Assembly: GCA_964507275.1 (NCBI GenBank)
Contig: CAZDPG010000001.1
Span: 404,577-468,576 of the forward strand
Direction of reading: 5' to 3'
Source: an uncultured Candidatus Saccharibacteria bacterium
GTDB taxonomy: Bacteria; Patescibacteriota; Minisyncoccia; Phycocordibacterales; Phycocordibacteraceae
DNA length: 64,000 bases
Shown here piece by piece: positions 36,323 through 45,703 of this stretch (position 1 is its first letter; every line of letters begins with the position of its first letter). Under the pieces are notes generated by a model. That model was given only the letters and a program-made list of their open reading frames with translations, had not been told where the DNA came from and did no database searches. The position numbers were made by a program, and so were the translations under genes.

Positions 36323-36652
36323 TTAATACAGCAGCACGCCGACGACTATTACGCAGTTAGAGAGTCCCATGAGGACATTTGCGAGGAATATATGCTTGTC
36401 TTTGTGCACCGCGCCATATGTGGCCCACAGCACGTTGATGAGGACGAACAAGAGCCATGACGGCAGCGATAGGCCATCGCCGTTTTTCGTCGTGTAGATC
36501 TGGAGTATCTGCGGCACGAGCGCCAGGGGCGCGAAGACACCGACGCCGTACATAAGATAGTCGAGGAAGCGCTTCGGCAAGCTTCGTGCAGGGAATGGTT
36601 CGAGTCCTTGCGTAGCGAGCGCACGCGAGCGCATGTGGTGGAGACCGAGCAT
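36323..36652 (-). CDS. SemiSWEET (PQ-loop/MtN3-like) small sugar transporter
   Basis: FAPLALVPQILQIYTTKNGDGLSLPSWLLFVL...; 3 TM helices. The true start is probably internal (MYGVG.. or MRSRA..). Confidence 0.6.
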   Translation of the reverse strand: MLGLHHMRSRALATQGLEPFPARSLPKRFLDYLMYGVGVFAPLALVPQILQIYTTKNGDGLSLPSWLLFVLINVLWATYGAVHKDKHIFLANVLMGLSNCVIVVGVLLY

Positions 36653-36682
36653 AGAGTACGGAAAGCTTGATATACTTATACC

Positions 36683-37048
36683 ATGGAAGGCCTAGCCCAG
36701 TATGAAAAAGAAGAACGCCCGTGGGGAAACTTTGAACGCTTCACCATGAATGAGAAAACGACGGTCAAACTCGTGACGGTCAACGCTGGAGAATCTATCA
36801 GCCTGCAGACCCACGATAATCGCGACGAGTTCTGGCGCATCATTAAAGGAACTGGCATCATCACTATTGACGACACTGCGCATGATGCCAAAGAAGGCGA
36901 CGCATTCTTCACCCCGCGACACTCGAAGCACCGCGTCTCTGGCGGTCCAGAGGGACTCTCCTTCCTTGAGATAGCCTTCGGTGACTTCGACGAGCACGAT
37001 ATCAAACGTCTCGAAGATCTCTACGGGCGCACAACGAAAGTCGGTTAG
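36683..37048 (+). CDS. Cupin-2 domain protein
   Basis: 121 aa; GESISLQTHDNRDEFWRIIKGTG...GDAFFTPRHSKHRV. Confidence 0.6.
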   Translation: MEGLAQYEKEERPWGNFERFTMNEKTTVKLVTVNAGESISLQTHDNRDEFWRIIKGTGIITIDDTAHDAKEGDAFFTPRHSKHRVSGGPEGLSFLEIAFGDFDEHDIKRLEDLYGRTTKVG

Positions 37049-37100
37049 CGCAGGACCCACACAAAATACAAAAGACCCGGAAAGGGTCTTTTGTATTTTG

Positions 37101-37174
37101 CGCGAGGGACGGGACTCGAACCCGCAACCTTCCGCGTGACAGGCGGATGCTCTAACCAGTTGAGCTACCCCCGC
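37101..37174 (-). tRNA. tRNA-Asp (anticodon GTC); CCA not encoded
   Basis: GCGGGGGTAGCTCAACTGGTTAGAGCATCCGCCTGTCACGCGGAAGGTTGCGGGTTCGAGTCCCGTCCCTCGCG. Confidence 0.85.
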
Positions 37175-37232
37175 AGTTTCTACCTGCGCGCACGAACGTC
37201 ATCTTACCAAACTCTCTCAGAAATGTCCTCTG

Positions 37233-37306
37233 TGCCGGTGGCAGGGATCGAACCTGCGACCTCAGCTTTATGAATGCTGTGCTCTAACCAACTGAGCTAC
37301 ACCGGC
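37233..37306 (-). tRNA. tRNA with CAT anticodon (elongator Met or Ile2/lysidine); CCA not encoded
   Basis: GCCGGTGTAGCTCAGTTGGTTAGAGCACAGCATTCATAAAGCTGAGGTCGCAGGTTCGATCCCTGCCACCGGCA. G1:C72 pairs, so it is not an initiator; there is an A31-A39 mismatch. Confidence 0.8.
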
Positions 37307-37374
37307 ATGCAAACTCCGAGTCTGGCGAAAGCACGTGAGAAACGCTTACGCCCGACTCTTAAGACACTAGCAAA

Positions 37375-38949
37375 TTATGCAGGTAATTCAACGATAAACG
37401 TCGAACCCTTCCCCTGTCCTTCGCTTTCAGCACGGATGGTACCGCCATGTGCCTCAGTGATTTGCTTCGCGATGAAGAGCCCATAGCCGGTGGAGTGGAC
37501 GTTCACCCTCTGTGAATCCTTGCCATGACCGCCCTCCGTGAAGAGCTTCTTCTTGTCCTCGGCATCTATCCCGATGCCCGTATCCTGTACTGAGAACAAT
37601 ATCTTCCCTGCCTCCTTCTTGAGCGACACGATGATGGAGCCCGAGAGGGTGTAATTTATTGAATTGTCGATAAGATTGCGCAACACATGATCGCCTATCT
37701 CGCCTCTATCTCCAATGAATGAGAAGTGTTCATCTCCCGCTATGAAGGAGAGCATGAGGCCTTTCTTTTCGGCCGCGGCCTTCGACTTCTCTACTACTTC
37801 GGTCGCGAGTGCCTTGAAATCGAATGGCTCTTTCACATAGAGCACCGTCCCCTTCTTCAGGTTCGAGGCCTTAAGGATGCTCGAGACTGATTCCACGCCA
37901 TGACGCGTCTCCAAAAGAGAGTTCTCGACGAACGGCTTGAGTTCTTCCGGCAATGCACCGAAATCACCATCGGTAAGCGAAGCGAACGCGCCCTCAGCCT
38001 TGGTGAGGAATCCTTTCACTTCGTGTCCAATGAAGTGGATGAGTCCTTCTTGTCGGTCATTGGTCTCCCTGAGTTCCTCGGCGAGTCTCTTGAGACTGAG
38101 AGTGTCGAGCACAATCCTAAAGCTCCCGATGAGCACGATGAGAAACGCTGTGATATTCATGGCGATCTCGCTCGTATCGGTCGAGTAGAGGATGTTCACG
38201 AACGTGAATATCGTCACCATAAACCCGAGGAATGTCGTCGTCGCGACCTTCAAGTCGAAGAGATTGTGGCGATGAATCGCGTAGGACGTCATTATCACGA
38301 ACGGAAGCAGGAAGAGCGCGCCGAGCGGAATGAACCGGGGATTATTGAATACTGCCGGTATGATGAAATTGAATATGAGAAGGAGGACGAATGTTAGGAC
38401 TATCCCTGAGAGCATCAATGAGTAAGGGCGACGTTGTTCTTTCGGTGCCCGAGCCGTCTTCTGAACCATCTTCCAGATGGCCGAGATGATGAGGCTGAAG
38501 ACGAGTATCCCAAACAAGGGGATAGCCGGACCATTCTGTACTCCGCCGATCGCACCGTCGACACCGACTATGTTCACCCGCTCGAAGACGTAAGAGGAAA
38601 GCGTCAGTACCGATACGACACCTGTAAGCGGGATCAGCAGGAACGTGTGCCAGAAGGGCTGATCGTACTTGTCCTCCGGGAAGACACTCGCGAGATGGAA
38701 GAACGTGAACGCGTGCCACACAGCAAAACACATCACCCCCCGAAGTAGCCAGAGGGCGGCATCGCCAGCGGGTAGCTGATAGTAAGAATAATTGAGGATA
38801 CTCCAACACACCGATATAACCGCGAAGTAGAAGAAGGATCGATTCGTCGCGGATCGGATATCATTAAGGAGAATAGCGAATCCGAGCAGACCGATACCCG
38901 CGACGGAGATGCCGACGGAGAGGAGATCAAGGTGGGAGATCGCGTTCAT
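37375..38949 (-). CDS. Membrane sensor histidine kinase (multi-TM sensor plus HisKA plus HATPase_c)
   Basis: About 10 TM helices at the N-terminus, the H-box LIHFIGHEVKGFL, and G-boxes GYGLFIAKQITEAHGG. Confidence 0.8.
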   Translation of the reverse strand: MNAISHLDLLSVGISVAGIGLLGFAILLNDIRSATNRSFFYFAVISVCWSILNYSYYQLPAGDAALWLLRGVMCFAVWHAFTFFHLASVFPEDKYDQPFWHTFLLIPLTGVVSVLTLSSYVFERVNIVGVDGAIGGVQNGPAIPLFGILVFSLIISAIWKMVQKTARAPKEQRRPYSLMLSGIVLTFVLLLIFNFIIPAVFNNPRFIPLGALFLLPFVIMTSYAIHRHNLFDLKVATTTFLGFMVTIFTFVNILYSTDTSEIAMNITAFLIVLIGSFRIVLDTLSLKRLAEELRETNDRQEGLIHFIGHEVKGFLTKAEGAFASLTDGDFGALPEELKPFVENSLLETRHGVESVSSILKASNLKKGTVLYVKEPFDFKALATEVVEKSKAAAEKKGLMLSFIAGDEHFSFIGDRGEIGDHVLRNLIDNSINYTLSGSIIVSLKKEAGKILFSVQDTGIGIDAEDKKKLFTEGGHGKDSQRVNVHSTGYGLFIAKQITEAHGGTIRAESEGQGKGSTFIVELPA

Positions 38950-38955
38950 GACGAT

Positions 38956-40026
38956 TTAATGTGCTTCGGTGATGGCGGGCTGGACGCGGAATGACACCGC
39001 GCTTGGCGGTGCGGCACGGCCCACGCGGAATGTGAGGAACGGCTCGTCCTCGCCTCCGAGAACCTCACGTATCCGCTTACTCGCGTGCCGTACGCTTGCG
39101 CGCTCCTGCGCAGAGAAGACATCCGAGCTGTTGTGCTCCAATGCACGCGCAAGGAATAGCAGTCCCGTCACAATCTGGAGAGACAGGCCACGTGCGGCCG
39201 CTGCCAGCCAAACCCGCTCAAGCAAGCGCCCGGCCTCGATGTAGTTCTTCCGGTCGAAATGATCAATCGTAATGACACCGAACGCCGAAGCGCTTGCGTT
39301 CTGTCGCGCGTTCGTCTCAGCGACCATACGCGGGAAGCCAATCTTCGCGAGAAGCGACGCGACCGGCCAATACGGCAACACTTTAAAAAGAAGCTGTGCC
39401 GGTGGTGGCAACTCAAGCGTTTTTATAAATAGACCATGCCCCCCTGCGACATTCCTCTCTTCCGACCAGAAGATGCTCTCGAAGAAAATCTTATGGAGCG
39501 TCTTATTCTTGAGCGCTATCTCTTCCATGGTCGTGAGCGCACGCGAGATGCGAGACATGGACTCCCTGTCCTCGACGAGCGCAAGTGAGACTCCCTCTGT
39601 CTCCCCTGCTGCTTCGATTAATGCCCGTCGAACATCTTCCGCTAAGGGGACCTTCTCATATGCTTTCCGGTTCGTGTGTCGAAGAGGTATCGCCCGCTGG
39701 AGCTCCTGCTCCATTCTGGAAAGATTTCCTTCTCCATGAAAGACGAATGTCGCAGTAAGCGAGTCCTCAGCGCCGTAACGGATCTCTGGATTGAATCCGA
39801 GTGCTTTAGCTTCGAGCTCGGCATTCTGAATAGCCGCACCAAGCGCTATAAACGTCCCGCTGTCGTCGACGTTCAACAGAGCATTATCCCGCTCTGGCAG
39901 GGCGTGGAACTCGAGCATGTCCGGAGCGCGGAAGACGAAGCGCCACGGCTGCGAATTATCCCCAGAAGGGGCCGTCGCGGCCGCCGTGACTATCTTCGTC
40001 AACTTCTCCTTATATGCCGTATCCAT
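38956..40026 (-). CDS. Nitroreductase-fold (tandem, SagB/McbC-like dehydrogenase-type) protein
   Basis: 356 aa. The N-terminal TAPSGDNSQPWRFVF is a nitroreductase signature, with a second degenerate half. It is the last gene of the five-gene operon. Confidence 0.65.
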   Translation of the reverse strand: MDTAYKEKLTKIVTAAATAPSGDNSQPWRFVFRAPDMLEFHALPERDNALLNVDDSGTFIALGAAIQNAELEAKALGFNPEIRYGAEDSLTATFVFHGEGNLSRMEQELQRAIPLRHTNRKAYEKVPLAEDVRRALIEAAGETEGVSLALVEDRESMSRISRALTTMEEIALKNKTLHKIFFESIFWSEERNVAGGHGLFIKTLELPPPAQLLFKVLPYWPVASLLAKIGFPRMVAETNARQNASASAFGVITIDHFDRKNYIEAGRLLERVWLAAAARGLSLQIVTGLLFLARALEHNSSDVFSAQERASVRHASKRIREVLGGEDEPFLTFRVGRAAPPSAVSFRVQPAITEAH

Positions 40027-40031
40027 AGGGA

Positions 40032-41153
40032 CTAAAGGCCGATCGTTGAAAAGAAATCCGCTCGAGCCTTCTCACGACCGGCCTTCACGTGCGGCAAGTG
40101 GTGGTCCGGATCGAGAAGCGCGTCAAGACTGATTTCGCATTTCTCTTCGTTTACGGCCTGCCCGAGCGCAAGACGCTTCAGGATGTACGCGATCGCGACG
40201 CCGGACAGCGTCGCAGCGTCGCCGAGCTGGGGCCAGGAGTAGATCTCGCGACCGACCTGCAAGAGCGAACTCATCATGCGTTCGGTCACGAACTGCGGCC
40301 CAGCGATTTTCGTCGCGAGCTTCGGCAGATCTGATGGTGTGAACGACTTGAACATCTCAAGGTTCACTTCGCCGATGACGCCATTGAAGAGCTCTTTCGA
40401 TGTATCAAGGTCGAATCGTTCGACTTCGACGATGATGTTATCTCCATTGTCTGTTGCCATGACAACCGGAAGCCCTCGCTTACGTGCCTCAAGCCGCAGC
40501 CGTATCTTCACTTCGAGATTATCGGTCTCTTCTACGACGACGTCGGCATCCTTGAAGAAAGCATCCATGTTCTCCTCGTTTACTCCAGCATCGAACGTCT
40601 CGATCTCGGCATACGGATTCAGCTGGTACACGTACTCACGCACGAGATCCGTCTTCTTGCGGCCGACTGCGAGGAAATCGAAACGGATGCGGTTCAAGTT
40701 CGACGGCGACACCTCGTCCGGATCAGCGATCTTGATGCGGCGCGCGCCGCCCATGAGCGCGAACGTGAGTGCACCATGACTGCCAACACTGAGACCAGCA
40801 TAGGCGACGGTGAGGTCATAGAGCTTCTGCTGTTCCTCCTCCGTTATGATGTTGCGATTGCGGGCAGTCCGTATCTCCTGATGCTCTTCATGCGGCAAAT
40901 AGTGCGCAAGAGTCTTGTTCCATGGAAAGAAGAACCACTCTCCTACCTCGTCGAGAGGCTTTCCTGCACAGTATTCACGAGAGAAGTCCTCGACTTCGCT
41001 CGCATGGTCTTTGATGAACTTGAACCGCGGATTCCGGATAAGAAATAGATCTTCGAGAAGAAGATCATAGCGATCGATGATGACTAAGGGGTGAAGGCGC
41101 TCACGAAATGCAGCGAGAGATTCTCTCGTACGATCAAGACGTTCTGGTGTCAT
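40032..41153 (-). CDS. ThiF/MoeB-family E1-like adenylyltransferase with an ~100-aa N-terminal extension
   Basis: Rossmann/ATP loop LSVGSHGALTFALMGGARRIKIADPDEVSPSNLNRI and an N-terminal extra domain (possible substrate clamp). Confidence 0.75.
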   Translation of the reverse strand: MTPERLDRTRESLAAFRERLHPLVIIDRYDLLLEDLFLIRNPRFKFIKDHASEVEDFSREYCAGKPLDEVGEWFFFPWNKTLAHYLPHEEHQEIRTARNRNIITEEEQQKLYDLTVAYAGLSVGSHGALTFALMGGARRIKIADPDEVSPSNLNRIRFDFLAVGRKKTDLVREYVYQLNPYAEIETFDAGVNEENMDAFFKDADVVVEETDNLEVKIRLRLEARKRGLPVVMATDNGDNIIVEVERFDLDTSKELFNGVIGEVNLEMFKSFTPSDLPKLATKIAGPQFVTERMMSSLLQVGREIYSWPQLGDAATLSGVAIAYILKRLALGQAVNEEKCEISLDALLDPDHHLPHVKAGREKARADFFSTIGL

Positions 41154-41178
41154 ACCAGAATGGTACCACGTCCGATGA

Positions 41179-42726
41179 TTAGGACTGATGCACTACCCAC
41201 GACTGCTTGATGCCCGGTTTGAAATACAGCGGATCTTCGTAGGACCAGAAGACGAGTCTCGGTTCGGCGCGTTTTCCAAGGAAATTCGAGAGTTCGTGGA
41301 ATTCTGAATTCTTCTCGCGCAGGTTCTTCACTATCTCGGTCACCAGTTGTGCCGAGAGGGTCTTGTGTATATCCGCATTCGGTTTCCGTTCAAGATTGAT
41401 TTCCAGATACTGGTCTTGGTTATCATCATATTTCGTAATGAGCGTGAGCTTGCCCGTGAGATATTCGACGAACCGCTTATCCAGAAGAACTTCCTTGATG
41501 GTCTCAGGGTATACCTGCAGCCCGTACAGCGTCGTCGCGAGGTCAATGCGCTCATAGACGTACACAAATGGCAGTTCATGTACGTGCTTCTTGATACCCG
41601 CCGTGGAGGCCTCCTTCATGAGGTCGACACCATGCGCTTTGAAGCATTCGATGAGTTCGCGGAATGAGTACACGCCTCCATGATCGCCGATGGAGTAGCG
41701 CAAAAGAGGGAGCGCGCTGTCTCCTGAGATGAGGATTTCGCCATTCGGCGCTTCGAACGAAACGAAGTTCGGGATGTACTGTGCAAAGGTCGGTGTCTTC
41801 GATGTGCCGCCGAAGAGATCTGCAAACAACTTCTCATTCTTGAGAGCGAGACGACGAGCAAGGATTGAGATCGGCGTCTCGAACGCCATGGAGCCGATGT
41901 CCGCACTGCCATAGATATTAATGGCATCGGTAAGCGGGTTCTCTATACCAACCTTCTTGGCAAGATGATCACGGAAGTTCTCGGTGAAAGCTTCGGCAGC
42001 AAAAAGGAGCGCTACCTTATGCTTTGCGAATGAGATGCCGCGTGCGAGCGCTTCGTCAATAACATCCTTCAGGAAGGGCGGGTACCCGGCAAGAATAATC
42101 TGCTCATACTGCGGTGCAATGTCCGTGAGAGCCTTCAATATCTCCGCTTTGTTGATACCCGGCGTAATCACTGATATCGGATACCCGCGGCGCCCCATGA
42201 ATTCAAACGCCTGGTACGTAATGAGGCCGCCAATCCATACGCCCATACCAAAGCACACGATGACGAGCGTTGATTTTTCTTCTTTCAGGGAACTAGTACG
42301 AAAAATAAGCTCATGGATGAAGGACGAGTGTTGGTCGACCTCATACGAGCGCGCGAAATATGTCGGCTTCCCCGTCGAACCAGAAGTGGAGGTGAGCACT
42401 TGCGGCAGTCGAAGGGAGCCGTCCCAGAACAGGTCGTGGAATTCGTTCTGGGAGAGATAATTCGCTTTAGATATCGGAGGCACCGTAGCGAAGTCCTTAG
42501 CCGTATGGATGTCTTCCTTCCGCACATTATTCGCTCGAAGGAAACGCTTATAGGCAGGAACTTGGGCCGACATTCGTTTGAAAAGCGATGGGAGATACGT
42601 CTTCTGGACGCGAGACCAGTCGTCACTCTTATTGATGTTCAGCTTCGTAAAGAAAGGATGCACGACAATTGGAGAACGAGACTTCTTTACCGGATTTGCA
42701 CGAACCGGCGAACGACTAGGGCGCAT
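41179..42726 (-). CDS. PaaK/coenzyme-F390-synthetase-like adenylate-forming ligase
   Basis: AMP-binding core TSTSGSTGKPTYF, ANL superfamily, PaaK/CapK-like size. The start may be internal (MSAQVPAYKRFL, ~42573). Confidence 0.7.
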   Translation of the reverse strand: MRPSRSPVRANPVKKSRSPIVVHPFFTKLNINKSDDWSRVQKTYLPSLFKRMSAQVPAYKRFLRANNVRKEDIHTAKDFATVPPISKANYLSQNEFHDLFWDGSLRLPQVLTSTSGSTGKPTYFARSYEVDQHSSFIHELIFRTSSLKEEKSTLVIVCFGMGVWIGGLITYQAFEFMGRRGYPISVITPGINKAEILKALTDIAPQYEQIILAGYPPFLKDVIDEALARGISFAKHKVALLFAAEAFTENFRDHLAKKVGIENPLTDAINIYGSADIGSMAFETPISILARRLALKNEKLFADLFGGTSKTPTFAQYIPNFVSFEAPNGEILISGDSALPLLRYSIGDHGGVYSFRELIECFKAHGVDLMKEASTAGIKKHVHELPFVYVYERIDLATTLYGLQVYPETIKEVLLDKRFVEYLTGKLTLITKYDDNQDQYLEINLERKPNADIHKTLSAQLVTEIVKNLREKNSEFHELSNFLGKRAEPRLVFWSYEDPLYFKPGIKQSWVVHQS

Positions 42727-42752
42727 GATGCGCGCACACTACCATATAAATA

Positions 42753-43784
42753 CTACCTTGTGAATAGACCCGAGAGGACAGTGATGAAATCCGGTAGGTC
42801 GCGAGGAGCTGGTACAGCGATACGCAGTGTGTCTTTCAGAAGCGCCTTTGCCTCAGGGAAATGACTCATAGGTTCACCAAGCGCGACACGGATATTCTGC
42901 TCCAAAAGCTCGTCGCGAACGCGAGAAGCATGTGCTACGCGCACAAGAACGAAGTTGGTTTTCGACGGATATACTACAACCCCCGAGATGGAGCTCAGCA
43001 TCTCTGCAAAGTGGTCACGTGCGGCGAGGACAATCGTGCGACGTTCCTCAACCTTGTCTGCCTGTGCGAGAAGTGTGAGCGCAGCTGCGGCGCTCGGGTG
43101 GGCGACCGGCCAGGGTAGCATGAGCTGTTCGATCCGCTTCACTACGAAGGGAGCAGCGATTGCGTACCCGACACGCGCACCTGAAAGAGCAAAGGACTTC
43201 GAGAGACTCCTGATGATGACCAGATTCGGAAGTAGAGCGAGATACGGCAAGAACGATACCCCGGAAGAAAATTCAAAATAAGCTTCATCGGAGACGACAA
43301 GCGTCGTGCTCCCGCGCACGGCCTCCACAAGAGCTTCGATATCCCCTCTCGACAGCGGGCAACCGAGTGGATTATTCGGATGACAGAGGAATAATACCCC
43401 TGCCGCGTTACTTTTGAGCATCTCTATCGTCTTCGCGAGCGGAAATACAAACCGACCTTCTCGCTCTTCATATGCAATAGGTACAGTCTCCGCTCCAACG
43501 CGATCAAGAATAGTCTCGTAACCGTAGAACGTCGGCACGGGAAGTAGTGCCTTCCCGCCACTTCCCGCATACGAGCGCGCGATGTGCTCTATCGCAGCAT
43601 CGGATCCGGGTGTAACCAGCAGCTGGTCCTTCGATACGCCGGCATACGAGGCGAGCGCGTGCTTGAGAGCGGCATAATCCGGATAGGTTGAGAGCTCGCG
43701 CACACCGAGAGTGCCCGCCGCCTCTACGAGTTCGTCATCGAGCAACCAGTAGCTCTCATTCCGATCAAGCGGCATCATCTCCAT
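42753..43784 (-). CDS. Class I/II PLP-dependent aminotransferase (histidinol-phosphate aminotransferase-like)
   Basis: 343 aa; the PLP region LVVSDEAYFEF...RSLSKSFALSGARVGYAI has a Lys-bearing SKS motif. Confidence 0.8.
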   Translation of the reverse strand: MEMMPLDRNESYWLLDDELVEAAGTLGVRELSTYPDYAALKHALASYAGVSKDQLLVTPGSDAAIEHIARSYAGSGGKALLPVPTFYGYETILDRVGAETVPIAYEEREGRFVFPLAKTIEMLKSNAAGVLFLCHPNNPLGCPLSRGDIEALVEAVRGSTTLVVSDEAYFEFSSGVSFLPYLALLPNLVIIRSLSKSFALSGARVGYAIAAPFVVKRIEQLMLPWPVAHPSAAAALTLLAQADKVEERRTIVLAARDHFAEMLSSISGVVVYPSKTNFVLVRVAHASRVRDELLEQNIRVALGEPMSHFPEAKALLKDTLRIAVPAPRDLPDFITVLSGLFTR

Positions 43785-43820
43785 AATGGTATCACGCGAT
43801 ACCTACATGCGGACTCTATC

Positions 43821-44558
43821 TTATGAAAGAGCACCGAACCCGCTCGTCATAATCGCTCCGCCGTCCCTGTCGATCGCGTACCCATCGAAACCCGCGAGAC
43901 TCTCAATGAAAGCGATGCCCGTCTTCCCCATCGCAAAGGCCGCCGTCGCAAATCGATCAGCTTCAAGCACGTCTGGACCGATGACCGTGATACTCACAAT
44001 GTCTTCCAGCTTTTCTTCTGGCGCATGAGGGTTATAGATATGATCACCGCGAATGTATGAGCCCGAGGTCGCAATACCCTTCCCGCGCGGATATACCACC
44101 TTCACTATTTCGTGGATATTGAAAGGATTGCGGATGCCGACGCTCCATTCTTCGCCTCTAGCATTCTTGCCGCTCATCGCTATGTCACCACCAGCATTCA
44201 CGAAATAATCCTCGTATCCTGCTTCCCTAATGAGAGCCGCAGCATTCCGCACCGCCCACCCTTTCACGACACCTGACGGGTCGATAAGACCATCGGGGCG
44301 GCGAATGTCGAAATACCCGCGTGTCTCCACCTTCGTCTTCCCGGCAAGAGCGAAGACCTCGGACATCTCCGCGCTCAGGGCGTTGTTGGCGACCTCGCCA
44401 CGATTGATACGGGAAATCTCACTGTCTTCTTTATAGGTACTGAATCGGTTGTCGACAGAGGCAAAGTAGGCGAAGACTTCTTCGAGTGTTTCGCGCGCTC
44501 CAGCATCTACGATTTCAATCTCAATCGGCATGCCCATGATAATCCGCGTCTCTTTCAT
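43821..44558 (-). CDS. apbE: FAD:protein FMN transferase ApbE
   Basis: 245 aa; GGDIAMSG and DVLEADRFATAAFAMG motifs. Confidence 0.75.
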   Translation of the reverse strand: MKETRIIMGMPIEIEIVDAGARETLEEVFAYFASVDNRFSTYKEDSEISRINRGEVANNALSAEMSEVFALAGKTKVETRGYFDIRRPDGLIDPSGVVKGWAVRNAAALIREAGYEDYFVNAGGDIAMSGKNARGEEWSVGIRNPFNIHEIVKVVYPRGKGIATSGSYIRGDHIYNPHAPEEKLEDIVSITVIGPDVLEADRFATAAFAMGKTGIAFIESLAGFDGYAIDRDGGAIMTSGFGALS

Positions 44559-44611
44559 CTCTTCATATTACTACTTCACCTGCACTTCCATTTCACAGAA
44601 TCTGTTCTAGA

Positions 44612-45163
44612 ATGGGGAGCATGCACGACTACACCATACGCCAATCCGCATTTGCCCACTTCTTCACCGCAAACACTGCGAGCGCGCCGCTCTGGCTTCT
44701 TGTCCGTCTCTATCTCGGCTACGAGTGGCTCATGGCTGGCTGGGATAAGATGATGAACCCCGCCTGGTTCGGGAGTGACGCAGGAGCTGCGCTGAACGGA
44801 TTCGTGCAGGGGGCACTTGCCAAGACAGCCGGGGCTCATCCCGATGTGCAGATGTGGTACGCAGGATTTCTTAAGGCAACCGTCCTCCCTCATCTCGTCG
44901 TTTGGTCGAACATGGTCACTCTCGGCGAAGTACTCGTCGGACTCGGACTCATCGTCGGACTCTTCACTGGCGTTGCCGCACTCTTCGGCTTCTTCATGAA
45001 TCTCAATTTCATGCTTGCCGGGACAGTGAGCGTCAATCCTATATTCCTCGTACTTGCACTCGGCATCATGCTCGCCCACCGGGTCGCTGGCTACTGGGGT
45101 CTCGATCGGTTCGTTCTGCCGCGTCTGTGCCGACGCTCGCGCGGATTCCCCCCGAGGGCATAA
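44612..45163 (+). CDS. DoxX-family membrane protein
   Basis: 183 aa with 4 TM helices and a DoxX-like LYLGYEWLMAGWDK. Confidence 0.6.
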   Translation: MGSMHDYTIRQSAFAHFFTANTASAPLWLLVRLYLGYEWLMAGWDKMMNPAWFGSDAGAALNGFVQGALAKTAGAHPDVQMWYAGFLKATVLPHLVVWSNMVTLGEVLVGLGLIVGLFTGVAALFGFFMNLNFMLAGTVSVNPIFLVLALGIMLAHRVAGYWGLDRFVLPRLCRRSRGFPPRA

Positions 45164-45169
45164 CGTACT

Positions 45170-45691
45170 GTGGAAAAGTGGATTAAAGAATTGCCTATGT
45201 CGCGGGTAGCCTACCCGTCGTCGCTAGGTGACCGTTTTAAATTCTGGTTCTGGAAGGCGTATTCTCCGTTCCATCCGTTCGTGCGCGATATCTCGTACCG
45301 CATTGGTATCGGGAAGTTCCTCCTTACGCGCGTCGTCCCGGAGATACAGCATGTCGGACGTCAGGACTTCCTCCTTGGCGTACTGAATCCAATATATTCC
45401 GTTCAGGAATTCGTATCGTTCCTCATCAAGCAAGGGTTCGGTAACCACTTCGTTGCATGGAAGGATGCCGACGAGATCGTGAGCTTGCGTCGGACTGTCG
45501 AATTCAAGCATCAGTACCACCTCCGTATCTTCACGGATGGAGAGGTGCGCTGTCATTTTGAATACACGCCGGAATATCATCCCTTCCTCCACCTTGTGCG
45601 AGTCGGCTTCGAAGATAGAACGGCAGAATTCAAGGAACTCCTACACGGATGGATACTAGCCCCAGACAATTCCGAACGAACAAGCTCATAA
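45170..45691 (+). CDS. Hypothetical protein (preferred over the antisense ORF 45224..45592)
   Basis: It fits the tight co-directional + strand gene run (6-nt and 12-nt spacers to its neighbours). Composition is unremarkable. Ambiguous. Confidence 0.4.
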   Translation: MEKWIKELPMSRVAYPSSLGDRFKFWFWKAYSPFHPFVRDISYRIGIGKFLLTRVVPEIQHVGRQDFLLGVLNPIYSVQEFVSFLIKQGFGNHFVAWKDADEIVSLRRTVEFKHQYHLRIFTDGEVRCHFEYTPEYHPFLHLVRVGFEDRTAEFKELLHGWILAPDNSERTSS

Positions 45692-45703
45692 TCATCAGGT
45701 ATA

